Positions 48,337 through 58,061 of a DNA stretch of 64,000 bases are shown here, piece by piece. The notes beneath the pieces were generated by a model. It saw nothing but the letters and a program-made list of their open reading frames with translations. It had not been told where the DNA came from and searched no databases. The position numbers were made by a program, and so were the translations under genes. The number at the start of each line of letters is the position of its first letter. Position 1 is the first letter of the stretch. The DNA comes from Candidatus Acidiferrales bacterium (GTDB lineage: Bacteria > Acidobacteriota > Terriglobia > Acidiferrales > 2-02-FULL-67-57). Where the stretch lies: assembly GCA_965247455.1 (NCBI GenBank), contig CBDFHE010000003.1, forward strand, positions 3,332 through 67,331, in the 5' to 3' direction.

Positions 48337-48710
48337 AAATCGGACGGATTGAAGGCACCCTCCAAGAAATAAGAGATGCATTTGAGATTCACGGCTTGCA
48401 GCTTGAAGACTATCTTGAAAGGCCGGAGGCTCCACTCTCAAAGGTCTGGATCATTGCTCCGGCCCTGTCCGTCGCAGTTGTCCTCATCCTTCTCGTATTG
48501 CTTGCCCCGATGGGTAAGACGACCTTACTTCTGTTGTTCTTGCTAGGCGCAGGCAGTGTTCTTTGGCTTACGGTTGTAATACAAGTCAGGTTCAAGAATG
48601 GGTGGGCTACCGCCGCAGTAGCGACTGGCGGGCTTCTAATGCTCCTCGTAGCTGGGGGATTTATCGAGCCCAAAGATGCACCGCAAGTTTTGAAGGAACT
48701 GAAGAAATGA
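48333..48710 (+). CDS. Hypothetical small membrane protein (3-4 TM helices)
   Basis: 125 aa. A soluble ~35 aa N-terminus is followed by hydrophobic stretches VWIIAPALSVAVVLILLVLLAP, TLLLLFLLGAGSVLWLTVVI and AAVATGGLLMLLVAGGF. Confidence 0.5.
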   Translation: MKIGRIEGTLQEIRDAFEIHGLQLEDYLERPEAPLSKVWIIAPALSVAVVLILLVLLAPMGKTTLLLLFLLGAGSVLWLTVVIQVRFKNGWATAAVATGGLLMLLVAGGFIEPKDAPQVLKELKK

Positions 48711-48956
48711 TGAGTTCCAACTCATCATTTTATTCAGATCACGGCGGCCGGCATTGTTCTGAAATCAGTGTTCACTAACTGCTCGCGCCTACTCCCTGGG
48801 AAGTCGCCTTAATGCCAAATGAGCCTCGCTCACTTGGCCGTATAACGCCCTACTCGGAAACTGACCCAGCACTCAGTCCTCGGTTCGCTTTCGGATTTCC
48901 GCAGGCTTGCCTTATACTGAGTAGTCGCAGCCCATCCGGGCCGCGGTGGGCTACCC

Positions 48957-51779
48957 ATGGCACAACGAGACATCCCCAAGGCGTATGAGCCGGGCGCGAT
49001 TGAGCCGCGCTGGGCGCAGCAGTGGGTGGAGCGCAAGCTCTACACGCCCGAAGTGGCCGCCCAGCAGCGCGCGCCCGACAAGTCCAGCTTCTCGCTCGCC
49101 ATCCCCCCGCCCAACGTCACCGGCTCGCTGCACATGGGCCACATGCTCGAGCATACCCAGATTGACATCCTCATGCGCTGGCGGCGCATGCAGGGTCACC
49201 GGGTGCTGTGGCTGCCGGGGATGGACCACGCCGGCATCGCCACCCAGGTGGTGGTGGAGCGCGAGCTGGCCAAGCAGGGCCTTGACCGCCAGCAGATCGG
49301 GCGGGAAGAGTTTGAGCGGCGCGTCTGGGAGTGGAAAGCCCACAGCGGCGGCACCATCAAGAAGCAGATGGTCCGCCTGGGCGCTTCCTGCGACTGGATG
49401 CGCGAGCGCTTTACGCTGGAGCCGGCGCTCTACCGCGCCGTGCTGGAAGCCTTCCTGCGGCTCTACCGCGAGAAGCTGATCTATCGCGGGCGTTACATGA
49501 TCAACTGGTGCCCGCGCTGCCTGACTGCCCTGAGCGATCTCGAAGTCGAGCACCAGGAGCGCGATGCCAAGCTCTACACCATTCGCTACCCGGTGGTTGG
49601 CACGGAGCACAGTCTCAGCGTTGCCACCACGCGTCCGGAGACTCTGCTGGGCGATACCGCCGTCGCCGTCCATCCCGCCGACGAGCGCTACCGGAAATTT
49701 GTCGGCCAGAAAGTTTTGCTGCCATTGATGAAGCGGGAAATTCCCGTCCTGGCCGACGAGTACGTGGAGCGCGAGTTCGGCACCGGCGTGGTCAAGATTA
49801 CCCCCGGCCACGACCCCAACGACTTCGAGGTCGGCCGCCGCCACGGCCTGGCCGAAATTGAAGTCATGGACGACGCCGCCCGCATGAACCAGAACGCCGG
49901 CGCCTACCAGGGTCTGGACCGCTTCCAGGCCCGCAAGCGGGTTCTGGCCGACCTGGAGTCGCAAGGGTTGCTGGAAAAGGTCGAGCCCTACCGTCACGCC
50001 GTCGGCCTCTGCCAGCGCTGCAAGACTCTGGTGGAGCCGCGCGTCTCCTTGCAATGGTTCTGCAAGATGAAGCCGCTGGCCAAACCGGCCATCCAAGCGG
50101 TGCGCGACGGCCTCATCAAGATCGTTCCGGAGAACTGGGAGAAAGTTTATCTCGACTGGATGGAGCGCGTCCACGACTGGTGCATCTCGCGCCAACTCTG
50201 GTGGGGCCACCGCATTCCCATCTGGCACTGCGGCGACTGCGGTGCCATGACGCCGGCGGGGGACTCGCGCGTGGAAGTGGTTGACGAGCGGCCTCAGGCC
50301 GCCAGCCCGCCGGCGGAGTGCTCCCAGTGCGGCAGCCGGAAGCTCACCCAGGACCCTGACGTGCTCGACACCTGGTTCAGCTCGGCGCTCTGGCCGTTTT
50401 CCACCCTGGGCTGGCCGGACCAGACGCCCGACCTGGAGGCCTTTTATCCCACCACGCTGATGATCAACGGCTTCGACATTTTGTTCTTTTGGGACGCGCG
50501 CATGATTATGACCGGCCTGCACTTTTTGCCCCAGCCGAAAACCGAGCAGCGCATTCCCTTCCACACTCTTTACATCCACGCGCTGGTGCGGGACGCCGAC
50601 CGGCAGAAGATGTCCAAGACGCGCGGTAATGTGGTGGACCCGCTGGAAATCACCGAGCGCTACGGCACCGACGCGGTGCGCTTCACCCTAGCCATCATGG
50701 CGGCGCCCGGCACCGACATTTCGCTGAGCGAAGACCGCCTGAAGAGCTACCGTGCCTTCGCCAACAAAATCTGGAATGCCGCCCGCTTCCTCTTCATGAA
50801 CCTCGACAAAGCTGAAGAGGCTTCGGGCGAATCGGTCGAGCAAGTCCTGAGCGGAAAATTTCCACTCGAACCGAGCAGCGGTGAACGAAGCTGGCCCACG
50901 GAACCGGACCTGGCCGACCGCTGGATTTACACCCGCATGATGGAGGTCGCCAAGACGGTGGAGGAGGCGCTGGCGGGCTTCCGCTTCCACGAGGCCAGCC
51001 ATGAGCTCTACCACTTCTTCTGGCACGACTTCTGCGACTGGTACATTGAGTGGGTGAAGCCCAGGCTTTTTTCCGAGGCTGGCCGACCCAATCGCATCGC
51101 CTTTCGCAACCTGCTCTGCGTTTTTGAGGAGTCGCTGCGGCTGTTGCACCCCTTCATGCCCTTCATCACCGAAGAGCTTTGGCAGCAGTTGCCGCACAAG
51201 TATGAGTCCATCGCTCTGGCACCTTTCCCGCAGGCCGGGAAGGTTCCCGACGAATGGGAGAAGGCCGCGCAGGAGATGGCGCTGGTGCAGGAGGCCATCG
51301 TCGCCCTGCGCAACATCCGCGCCGAGATGAAGATTGACGCTCGCCGCCGCGTTCCCGGCGAGGTGGCCGCCACCGAGGAAAGCGTCGTCGAACTTTTCCG
51401 TTCGCAGCAGGAGGTCATCGTCCGGCTGGCCAGCCTGACCGAACTGAAGCTCTCCTGCGATTCGCTTCCGGCTGAGGGCGGCGTGCTGCGCCATGCGGCC
51501 CGCTTTGACGCCCGCGTGCCTTTCAGTCCGGACGACCTCGCGGTCGAGGTCAAGCGCCTGCGCCGGGAAAAAGAGAAACTCGGACGCCAGCTCGAGCGCG
51601 CGCGCACCAAGCTGGCCAACCAGCAGTTCCAGCGCAAGGCGCCGCAGGAGGTTGTACAAGGCATCGAGTTCCGAAAGGAGGAACTCAGTACCCAATACGA
51701 AAAGATATCTAGTTTGTTGAGCACGCTGGAGAACCGGCTGGGGACCGACTCTGCCCGGTCGGCGGGAGAAAGCCGGTGA
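48957..51779 (+). CDS. valS: Valine--tRNA ligase
   Basis: 940 aa. Class I HIGH-type motif PPNVTGSLHMGH, the KMSKT loop, and a C-terminal coiled coil. Confidence 0.95.
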   Translation: MAQRDIPKAYEPGAIEPRWAQQWVERKLYTPEVAAQQRAPDKSSFSLAIPPPNVTGSLHMGHMLEHTQIDILMRWRRMQGHRVLWLPGMDHAGIATQVVVERELAKQGLDRQQIGREEFERRVWEWKAHSGGTIKKQMVRLGASCDWMRERFTLEPALYRAVLEAFLRLYREKLIYRGRYMINWCPRCLTALSDLEVEHQERDAKLYTIRYPVVGTEHSLSVATTRPETLLGDTAVAVHPADERYRKFVGQKVLLPLMKREIPVLADEYVEREFGTGVVKITPGHDPNDFEVGRRHGLAEIEVMDDAARMNQNAGAYQGLDRFQARKRVLADLESQGLLEKVEPYRHAVGLCQRCKTLVEPRVSLQWFCKMKPLAKPAIQAVRDGLIKIVPENWEKVYLDWMERVHDWCISRQLWWGHRIPIWHCGDCGAMTPAGDSRVEVVDERPQAASPPAECSQCGSRKLTQDPDVLDTWFSSALWPFSTLGWPDQTPDLEAFYPTTLMINGFDILFFWDARMIMTGLHFLPQPKTEQRIPFHTLYIHALVRDADRQKMSKTRGNVVDPLEITERYGTDAVRFTLAIMAAPGTDISLSEDRLKSYRAFANKIWNAARFLFMNLDKAEEASGESVEQVLSGKFPLEPSSGERSWPTEPDLADRWIYTRMMEVAKTVEEALAGFRFHEASHELYHFFWHDFCDWYIEWVKPRLFSEAGRPNRIAFRNLLCVFEESLRLLHPFMPFITEELWQQLPHKYESIALAPFPQAGKVPDEWEKAAQEMALVQEAIVALRNIRAEMKIDARRRVPGEVAATEESVVELFRSQQEVIVRLASLTELKLSCDSLPAEGGVLRHAARFDARVPFSPDDLAVEVKRLRREKEKLGRQLERARTKLANQQFQRKAPQEVVQGIEFRKEELSTQYEKISSLLSTLENRLGTDSARSAGESR

Positions 51780-51813
51780 AGAACGGGTCAGAGTGGTAGG
51801 CGGAGGTTGAAGT

Positions 51814-52713
51814 ATGGGAGCACCCGACAAGGCAAGCGCGGCTGAGGTGATTCCGACCCTGGACTGGAAGTGCCAGGAAATCGCCCAACTCCTCGACCGG
51901 GCCCTGAGCGAAGACGTGGGCGCAGGCGACCTGACCACGCAGGCGGTGCTGCCCGATTTTGTGGGGGGCCGGGGAACGCTGCTGGCCAACGGGGCGATGG
52001 TGGTGGCGGGCCTGCCGCTGGTGCAGCGGCTGTTTGAGCGGCTCGATCCGCGCATCCGCGTACATGCGTGGGTGCAGGAGGGCGCGCAGATCAGCCGGTG
52101 CCAAGTGGCGGAGGTGGTGGGCGACGCCCGCGTGCTGCTGCGGGGGGAGCGCGTGGCGCTGAATTTCCTGGGGCGGTTGAGCGGCATCGCCACCCTTACG
52201 CGTCGCTTTGTCGCCCGCGTGGGCGGCACCGGGGCGCAGCTCCGCGACACCCGTAAGACCACACCCGGCCTGCGCCTGCTGGAGCGCTACGCTGTGCGCG
52301 TGGGTGGCGGCGCCAATCACCGCATGGGCCTCTACGACGCCCTGCTGATCAAAGAGAACCACGCGCAGATGGCCGGGGGCGTGGGCGCAGCCACGCGCCG
52401 CGCGCGGAAAATGTACGGAAACGCCCAGGTGATTCAAGTTGAAGTGCGCGATCAGGCCGAGTTGCGCGAGGCGCTGGAGGCCGGGGCGGACGCGATTCTC
52501 CTGGACAACATGAAGGTCAGAGAGGTGAAGCAGGCGGTAGAAATCGTCCAAGGGCGCGTTTTGGTGGAAGCGTCCGGCGGCATTGGGCTGGACAACATTC
52601 GCGCCTACGCTGAGTGCGGCGTGGACTTTATCTCCGTGGGCGCGTTGACGCACTCGGCGCCTGCGGCCGACGTCAGCTTCGACCTGATTCCGCTCGGCAA
52701 CCCCAAGCCTTAA
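51814..52713 (+). CDS. nadC: Nicotinate-nucleotide pyrophosphorylase (carboxylating)
   Basis: RDTRKTTPGLRLLERYAVRVGGGANHRMGLYDALLIKENH, a conserved QPRTase block. Confidence 0.9.
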   Translation: MGAPDKASAAEVIPTLDWKCQEIAQLLDRALSEDVGAGDLTTQAVLPDFVGGRGTLLANGAMVVAGLPLVQRLFERLDPRIRVHAWVQEGAQISRCQVAEVVGDARVLLRGERVALNFLGRLSGIATLTRRFVARVGGTGAQLRDTRKTTPGLRLLERYAVRVGGGANHRMGLYDALLIKENHAQMAGGVGAATRRARKMYGNAQVIQVEVRDQAELREALEAGADAILLDNMKVREVKQAVEIVQGRVLVEASGGIGLDNIRAYAECGVDFISVGALTHSAPAADVSFDLIPLGNPKP

Positions 52714-52758
52714 GCCGGGCTGATTGCGAAACTTGCCTTAATGCGTAATGAGTAATGA

Positions 52759-53814
52759 GTGATGAGCAAGCGCGCCACGCTTCCGATCCCATCCCGTCCC
52801 CGGCGGGCGGATGGGGAGGCGAGCGTGGCAGAGCCCACCGACCGGCGCCTCAGCCGCCTGCTGGGTTTGCTGCTGGAGCACCCGATGGTGGTGCTGAGCG
52901 GCGCCAAGATCGCGCGCCAGATGCGGGTCAGCCGTTCCAGCGTCTGGCGCTGGGTGGAGCGTTTGCGCGCCCTGGGCGTGCGCATCAAAGGGCACGGCCG
53001 CACCGGCTACCAACTGGAGAGCATGCCCGACATCTTGCTGCCGCAAATTCTTCAGAGACGCCTGCAAGGAATTTCCGTGGGCCAACACATCCACCATTTT
53101 TTCCGGACCGAATCCACCAACGCGGTGGCCCTGCGGCTGGCCGCAGTGGGCGCGCCGCACGGGACGCTGGTGGTGGCGGAAGAGCAGACCGCCGGCCGGG
53201 GCCGCCTGGGCCGGGCCTGGCACTCAGAGAAAACCAACGGTATCTACTGCACGGTGGTCCTTCGTCCGCCGCTCAGCCCGGTGCAGGCGCATCTGCTGAC
53301 GCTGGTGGCCGGGTTGGCGGCGCGCGAGGCGGTGGTGGAAGTCACCGGGCTGGAGGTGGACCTGCGCTGGCCCAACGACCTGTTGGCGCAGGGCAAGAAG
53401 TTCTGCGGCATCCTGACCGAGATGCAGGCGGAAGCCCAGCGCATCCGCTACCTGGTGGTGGGCGTGGGGGTGAACGTCAACCACACCAAGTTTCCGCCCG
53501 CGCTGGAGACGATTGCGACCTCGTTGCGCCTGGCCGGGGGAAAGACTTACTCGCGGCTCGAAATCTTGGAGCGCTTGCTTGCTGCTTTCGAGCGCGACTA
53601 CAATCGTCTGTTGGCCGAAGGGGCCGGGCCTTTGCTTGCTCGTTTCAGCCGATTTTCCAGCTATGCCCGCAACAAGCACGTGCGGGTGCTGGGCGCGCGG
53701 GAGGAGTTCAGCGGCGTGACCGCGGGGCTTGATCCCACCGGCTGCTTGCTGGTGCGCCGCGACGCGGACGGCAAGACCGTCCCCGTGCTGGCCGGCGACA
53801 TCCGTGAAGCGTAG
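52759..53814 (+). CDS. birA: Bifunctional biotin--[acetyl-CoA-carboxylase] ligase / biotin operon repressor
   Basis: The N-terminal wHTH is LSGAKIARQMRVSRSSVWRWVERLRALG. The ligase motif GRGRLGRAWHS is present. Confidence 0.85.
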   Translation: MMSKRATLPIPSRPRRADGEASVAEPTDRRLSRLLGLLLEHPMVVLSGAKIARQMRVSRSSVWRWVERLRALGVRIKGHGRTGYQLESMPDILLPQILQRRLQGISVGQHIHHFFRTESTNAVALRLAAVGAPHGTLVVAEEQTAGRGRLGRAWHSEKTNGIYCTVVLRPPLSPVQAHLLTLVAGLAAREAVVEVTGLEVDLRWPNDLLAQGKKFCGILTEMQAEAQRIRYLVVGVGVNVNHTKFPPALETIATSLRLAGGKTYSRLEILERLLAAFERDYNRLLAEGAGPLLARFSRFSSYARNKHVRVLGAREEFSGVTAGLDPTGCLLVRRDADGKTVPVLAGDIREA

Positions 53815-53831
53815 CCCCTGGCCAACCGGTT

Positions 53832-53882
53832 CAGCCCAGCGGCCCCCGCCGCTGGGACCCGGTGGCATGGCCACCGGGTTGG
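53832..53882. repeat. Double-hairpin intergenic repeat, copy 1
   Basis: cccagcgg-ccccc-ccgctggg followed by ccggtgg-catgg-ccaccgg. A similar unit occurs at 61307-61357. Confidence 0.6.
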
Positions 53883-53987
53883 ACTATGCGGGGTTCTAGG
53901 TGGCGGTGCCCTTCGGCTTCGCTCCCCGCAAAGGACGCGGGGCAGGCAGGACCAGCCACCGGGCTCGGTGAGTCAAGGATAAGGACT

Positions 53988-54827
53988 GTGCTGCTGGTTA
54001 TTAACGTCAACAACACCAACACCCTGCTGGGGGTGTACGAGGGTGAGCGGCTGCTGGCCCACTGGCGCCTGATGACCAATCACCAGCAGACCGTGGACGG
54101 CTACGGCCTCATGGCGCGCAACCTGCTGCAGTTGGCCGGTATCGACGCCGGCAAGATTGACGGAATCATCGTCAGCTCGGTCGTGCCCCCTCTCGACCGC
54201 ACCGTGGCCGAGTTGGCGCAGCGCTATTTCAACCTCTCTCCGCTGTTCGTCGGGCCCGGAATCAAGACCGGCATCCGCATCTACTACGACAACCCGCAGG
54301 AGGTGGGGGCCGATCGCATCGCCAATGCCGTGGCTGCCTTCGAGAAGTATGGCGGGCCCGCGGTGGTGGTGGATTTCGGCACTGCCATCACCTTCGACGC
54401 CCTCTCCGCCGCCGGCGAGTACCTCGGCGGCATCATCTTTCCTGGTATCAACATCGCCTCTGACGCGCTTTTCCAACGGGCTGCCCGCCTGCCGCGGGTC
54501 TCGTTCGGCGAGCCGGAAAAGCTGATCGGCACCAACACCGTGGGCTCCATCCAATCGGGGCTCTACCACGGGTTTCTGGCGGCGGTGGACGGCATTCTGG
54601 ACCGGATGAAAGAGGAGATGGGTCCGGCAACCCGCGTCATCGCAACCGGCGGACAGGCGTCGCTGCTGGCTTCGGCCTCCCGTCATCAGCCGCAGGTGGA
54701 CGAGTTCCTTACTCTCGATGGTCTCCGCCTGCTCTACGAGCGCAACCGCGAGCCTAAGACGAAGGCGGCCAAGCGAGCGTCGTCTGCGCCTGCCGGCAGG
54801 TCGAGCAGGTCCCGGTCACGCTCCTAG
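53988..54827 (+). CDS. coaX: Type III pantothenate kinase
   Basis: VLLVINVNNTNTLLGVY.., VVDFGTAITFD and GTNTV. GTG start proposed after SD aaggataagga; the ORF extends to 53862 over the repeat. Confidence 0.8.
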   Translation: MLLVINVNNTNTLLGVYEGERLLAHWRLMTNHQQTVDGYGLMARNLLQLAGIDAGKIDGIIVSSVVPPLDRTVAELAQRYFNLSPLFVGPGIKTGIRIYYDNPQEVGADRIANAVAAFEKYGGPAVVVDFGTAITFDALSAAGEYLGGIIFPGINIASDALFQRAARLPRVSFGEPEKLIGTNTVGSIQSGLYHGFLAAVDGILDRMKEEMGPATRVIATGGQASLLASASRHQPQVDEFLTLDGLRLLYERNREPKTKAAKRASSAPAGRSSRSRSRS

Positions 54828-55480
54828 TGGCCCACCCGAAAAGAAAGGTGCTGGTGGAAACTTTCTTCTGCCGTCGAAGATGGCTGAGTGCCTCCTGCTT
54901 GGGGTTCGCATCTATTCTGGCGAGCTGCGGCGGTGCTGCGCCGATTGAGGGAATCAAAGTTACGCCGCCGACTTCTTTGCTCGACCTTCTCCCGCAGGCG
55001 CGCGTAACCGCTATCGTGCCGGGCAAGCTGGAAGCAGGCGTCGAAATCAGGGAGGTAAGTATCGAGGGCGAATCCGAGCGGGTGTTTTTCTTCCAGGCCG
55101 GAACCGAATTGATCTTTCCGCTGCGGATCGATCAGGCTGCGGTGCTGGAGACGGCGGTGGCTTTGCTGTCGGACGCCTGGGAAAAGGGAGGCGACGGGGT
55201 GACTTTCTACGTTGCCGTTCGTCGGGAAGGCGAGGTCGTGCCTGCCTATCTTTTCTCCCAGCATGTTCACCCTCGGATTGTCCCGGAGCAGCGCGGTTGG
55301 CAGCCGGTGCGGCTGGATTTGACGTCCCTGCGGGACACCGACATCGAACTGATTCTGGGAACCCACCCGGGCCCGAACATTGATCCCACCTACGATTGGG
55401 CGGTTTGGAGAAACCCGCGCCTTTACAACCCGGCCCTTGAGCCGGAGGAGTCGTCCCGCCCCCTCTCTGGTTCCAACTGA
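54827..55480 (+). CDS. Hypothetical lipoprotein
   Basis: Lipobox-like FASILASCGG near the N-terminus. The exact start is uncertain (GTG at 54827, 54848 or 54854). Confidence 0.45.
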   Translation: MAHPKRKVLVETFFCRRRWLSASCLGFASILASCGGAAPIEGIKVTPPTSLLDLLPQARVTAIVPGKLEAGVEIREVSIEGESERVFFFQAGTELIFPLRIDQAAVLETAVALLSDAWEKGGDGVTFYVAVRREGEVVPAYLFSQHVHPRIVPEQRGWQPVRLDLTSLRDTDIELILGTHPGPNIDPTYDWAVWRNPRLYNPALEPEESSRPLSGSN

Positions 55481-55532
55481 GTGGAAGTCTTACAAAGGCG
55501 AGCGCGTTCAGTTGCTGGTGCGGGGGAGCTAC

Positions 55533-55877
55533 TCAGGCGGCGCGGGAGAGGGGGTCATAGGGGGATGGCCGGGGGCAAGGCGCCGCCGCTGATGCCGCGC
55601 TCGACCACCCAACGGCGCCCGCGCGCCGCAGCAAGTAGCGAAAGAGCATTTCGCTCTCGCCCTGCTTGATGCGGAAAACCACCCGGGCTTCGGCGGTATC
55701 TCCACGAACGTCCACCTGCTGCACCTCCATCTCCATTTTGTCCAGGGCCAGGCCGGACTGTTTTGACAAGGGGTCGTGAATGGCGGCCTCGATTTCCGCT
55801 TTGGGGTCAGCCGGCTCCTGCTGGCAGGCGGAGAGAGCGAGAACGAACAGGACAAGCAAAACAAGGGCAGCGCGCAT
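55533..55877 (-). CDS. Hypothetical small lipoprotein
   Basis: MRAALVLLVLFVLALSAC, a signal peptide with lipobox. No family was recognised. Confidence 0.45.
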   Translation of the reverse strand: MRAALVLLVLFVLALSACQQEPADPKAEIEAAIHDPLSKQSGLALDKMEMEVQQVDVRGDTAEARVVFRIKQGESEMLFRYLLRRAGAVGWSSAASAAAPCPRPSPYDPLSRAA

Positions 55878-56135
55878 GCCTCTCACCCTAGTGGACGACG
55901 CGGCGGAAGCCAAAGCACTGTACTCGTCCAGTAGATTAGTGACACTCTACCAAGTGTCACCCATCATTCTGAACGAGTACACGAGGCCGCGCTCCTGCCC
56001 CGGTTAAAGCGATCGCACGAAACCGGCGCGGGATTTTCGCTTGACGCGGCTTTTTCAACCACATAAAGGTTTGCCTCAAATCTAGTTGCGGGGCCGGGCA
56101 CGGTTGCCGCGACCCTGCACTAAGGAGGAATAAGC

Positions 56136-56672
56136 ATGGAGCGACCCACCGGAGTGACTGTGCTGGCGGTGCTGAACTTTCTCGGGGCGGGGTTGTATGC
56201 CCTCTTGGCTGTGCTGTTTTTCCTTATCAGCGCAGGAGGCGCGGCCAGCGGGGCGATGAGTGAAATGGGTGGCGCCGCCGCAGCTTTCCTGCTGGGCCTG
56301 GGCGCGGCCGTTGGAGTGGTCCTGCTAATTCTCGCCGCCATCGGGCTCTACGGGGTGATGGCCTACTCGGTTGGCCAGCGCACGCACGAGATCGGCATCC
56401 GCATGGCGTTGGGCGCCACCCCGGGCAACATTCTTGGGATGGTGCTCCGGCAGGGAGTGGTTCTGACACTGGCGGGCGTTGCGCTGGGCTTGTTGGGCGC
56501 CTTCGCGCTGACGCGCTCCTTCGCCAACCTGCTGGTGGGGGTGAGCGCCACCGACCCGCTCACGTTTGCGACCATCGCAGTCCTGTTGCTGGCGGTAGCG
56601 CTGGTGGCTGCCTACGTCCCCGCCCGCCGCGCCACCCGCGTGGACCCCGTGGTCGCCCTGCGCTATGAGTAG
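56136..56672 (+). CDS. Minimal FtsX-domain membrane protein (MacB/ADOP-type permease C-terminal module without the periplasmic domain)
   Basis: Strong SD (aaggagga). The motif [25 protein letters not shown]... is followed by ...[15 protein letters not shown], the typical FtsX/ADOP C-terminus. The protein is only 178 aa, with a Gly/Ala-rich loop where the large periplasmic domain normally sits. Confidence 0.6.
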   Translation: MERPTGVTVLAVLNFLGAGLYALLAVLFFLISAGGAASGAMSEMGGAAAAFLLGLGAAVGVVLLILAAIGLYGVMAYSVGQRTHEIGIRMALGATPGNILGMVLRQGVVLTLAGVALGLLGAFALTRSFANLLVGVSATDPLTFATIAVLLLAVALVAAYVPARRATRVDPVVALRYE

Positions 56673-56845
56673 CGAGGGCTCTCTGGCGGCCCCGCATGCG
56701 GGGCCCTTCCGGACGGAGTTTAGGTAGGGCAGGGCCTTGCGCCCTGCCGCTGAGACCGGATCACTTCACCGCAGAGAGCGTGGAGCGCGCAGAGAAAGAA
56801 GCGCAGAGTCTCGGTGTTCTCTGTGTCTCTGTGGCAGAGGTGTTC

Positions 56846-57970
56846 TTAGGTGCCGAGGGGCAGTGAAGCGGAGGCGTTGAGTTCCAGGTCGGCGAACTCG
56901 CCCGCCAGGAACTTAGGGTAGGCGGCAGCAGCGATCATGGCGGCGTTGTCGGTGGAGAGCGCCACCGAGGGATAGAACACCGGTAGGCCGCGCCCCGCGC
57001 ATTCGGTGGTGAAGGTTCGCCGCAGCAGCGAGTTGGCCGCCACTCCGCCCGAAACGAACACCGCTTGCGCTCCCAACTCGTCGGCCGCCGCCACCGTCCG
57101 CTCCACCAAGTCTTCCACCACTGCCTTCTGAAAGCTCGCCACTAAGTTGCGCGTGTGCGCACTGGTAAGCTCGGCCGGTGACGTCTGCGGGTCTGCACGC
57201 AGAAGGGTGGCGCGGCGCTCAGCTTCTTCCTTGAGTCCGGCGCGCTCGACGTACCGCACCACGGCGGTCTTGATGCCGCTGAAGCTGAAGTCGTGGGGAC
57301 GGCCGTGGCGGATGCGGGGCCGAGTGAAAGCGACAGCGTCGGGGTTGCCGCGCTCGGCCAGCCGGTCGATCACCGGCCCGCCGGGGTAGCCCAGGCCGAG
57401 GTGCTTGGCAACTTTGTCGAAGGCTTCGCCGGCGGCATCGTCCACGGTGTTGCCCACCAGGCGGTAGTGGTAGCGAAAAGCGTCGCTGCCGTTGGGCAGC
57501 GGCGTGCGGGTAACGTGGTAGAGCGCGGTGTGGCCGCCGGAGACCACCAGCGTCACCACCGGGAACTCGATCGTGCGCGCCCGCGCTCCCTTTTGTTTCT
57601 CTTCCAGCAGCACGGCATGGACGTGGCCTTCCAGGTGGTTGACCCCGATCAGCGGTTTGCCCAGCGCCCAGGCCATGGCTTTGGCGTAGGTCAGGCCGAC
57701 CAGTAGCGCGCCGATCAGCCCCGGCCCCTGAGTGACGGCGATGGCGTCCACCTCGCCGTAGCCCAGCCCGGCGCGCTCGCACGCCTCCCGCACCACCGGC
57801 ACAATCCGCTCCAGGTGAGCGCGCGAGGCCAGCTCTGGCACTACCCCGCCGTACTTGCGGTGGACGTCGATTTGCGAGCTGACCACGTTGGAGAGGATGC
57901 GCCGGGCGTCTTCCACCAGCGCGGCGGCGGTCTCGTCGCAGCTTGATTCAATTCCCAGAATGCGCGCCAT
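56846..57970 (-). CDS. tsaD: tRNA N6-adenosine threonylcarbamoyltransferase
   Basis: MARILGIESSCDETAAAL, HLEGH and VSGGVAANS. Start set at MARILG. Confidence 0.9.
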   Translation of the reverse strand: MARILGIESSCDETAAALVEDARRILSNVVSSQIDVHRKYGGVVPELASRAHLERIVPVVREACERAGLGYGEVDAIAVTQGPGLIGALLVGLTYAKAMAWALGKPLIGVNHLEGHVHAVLLEEKQKGARARTIEFPVVTLVVSGGHTALYHVTRTPLPNGSDAFRYHYRLVGNTVDDAAGEAFDKVAKHLGLGYPGGPVIDRLAERGNPDAVAFTRPRIRHGRPHDFSFSGIKTAVVRYVERAGLKEEAERRATLLRADPQTSPAELTSAHTRNLVASFQKAVVEDLVERTVAAADELGAQAVFVSGGVAANSLLRRTFTTECAGRGLPVFYPSVALSTDNAAMIAAAAYPKFLAGEFADLELNASASLPLGT

Positions 57971-58061
57971 GCTTGGCTCCCGCAACCATCCTAGCACAGG
58001 CCCCGGCGCGCCCCGCCTTGTGTGGCTGGCGAGGCTCTGCGGTTTGTTACAATGGTTGGCT

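Noticed and set aside
48780-48956. Possible T-box or other leader upstream of valS.
   Set aside because: No specifier-loop or T-box consensus and no terminator/antiterminator alternative were recognised. T-boxes are also not expected in this type of genome.
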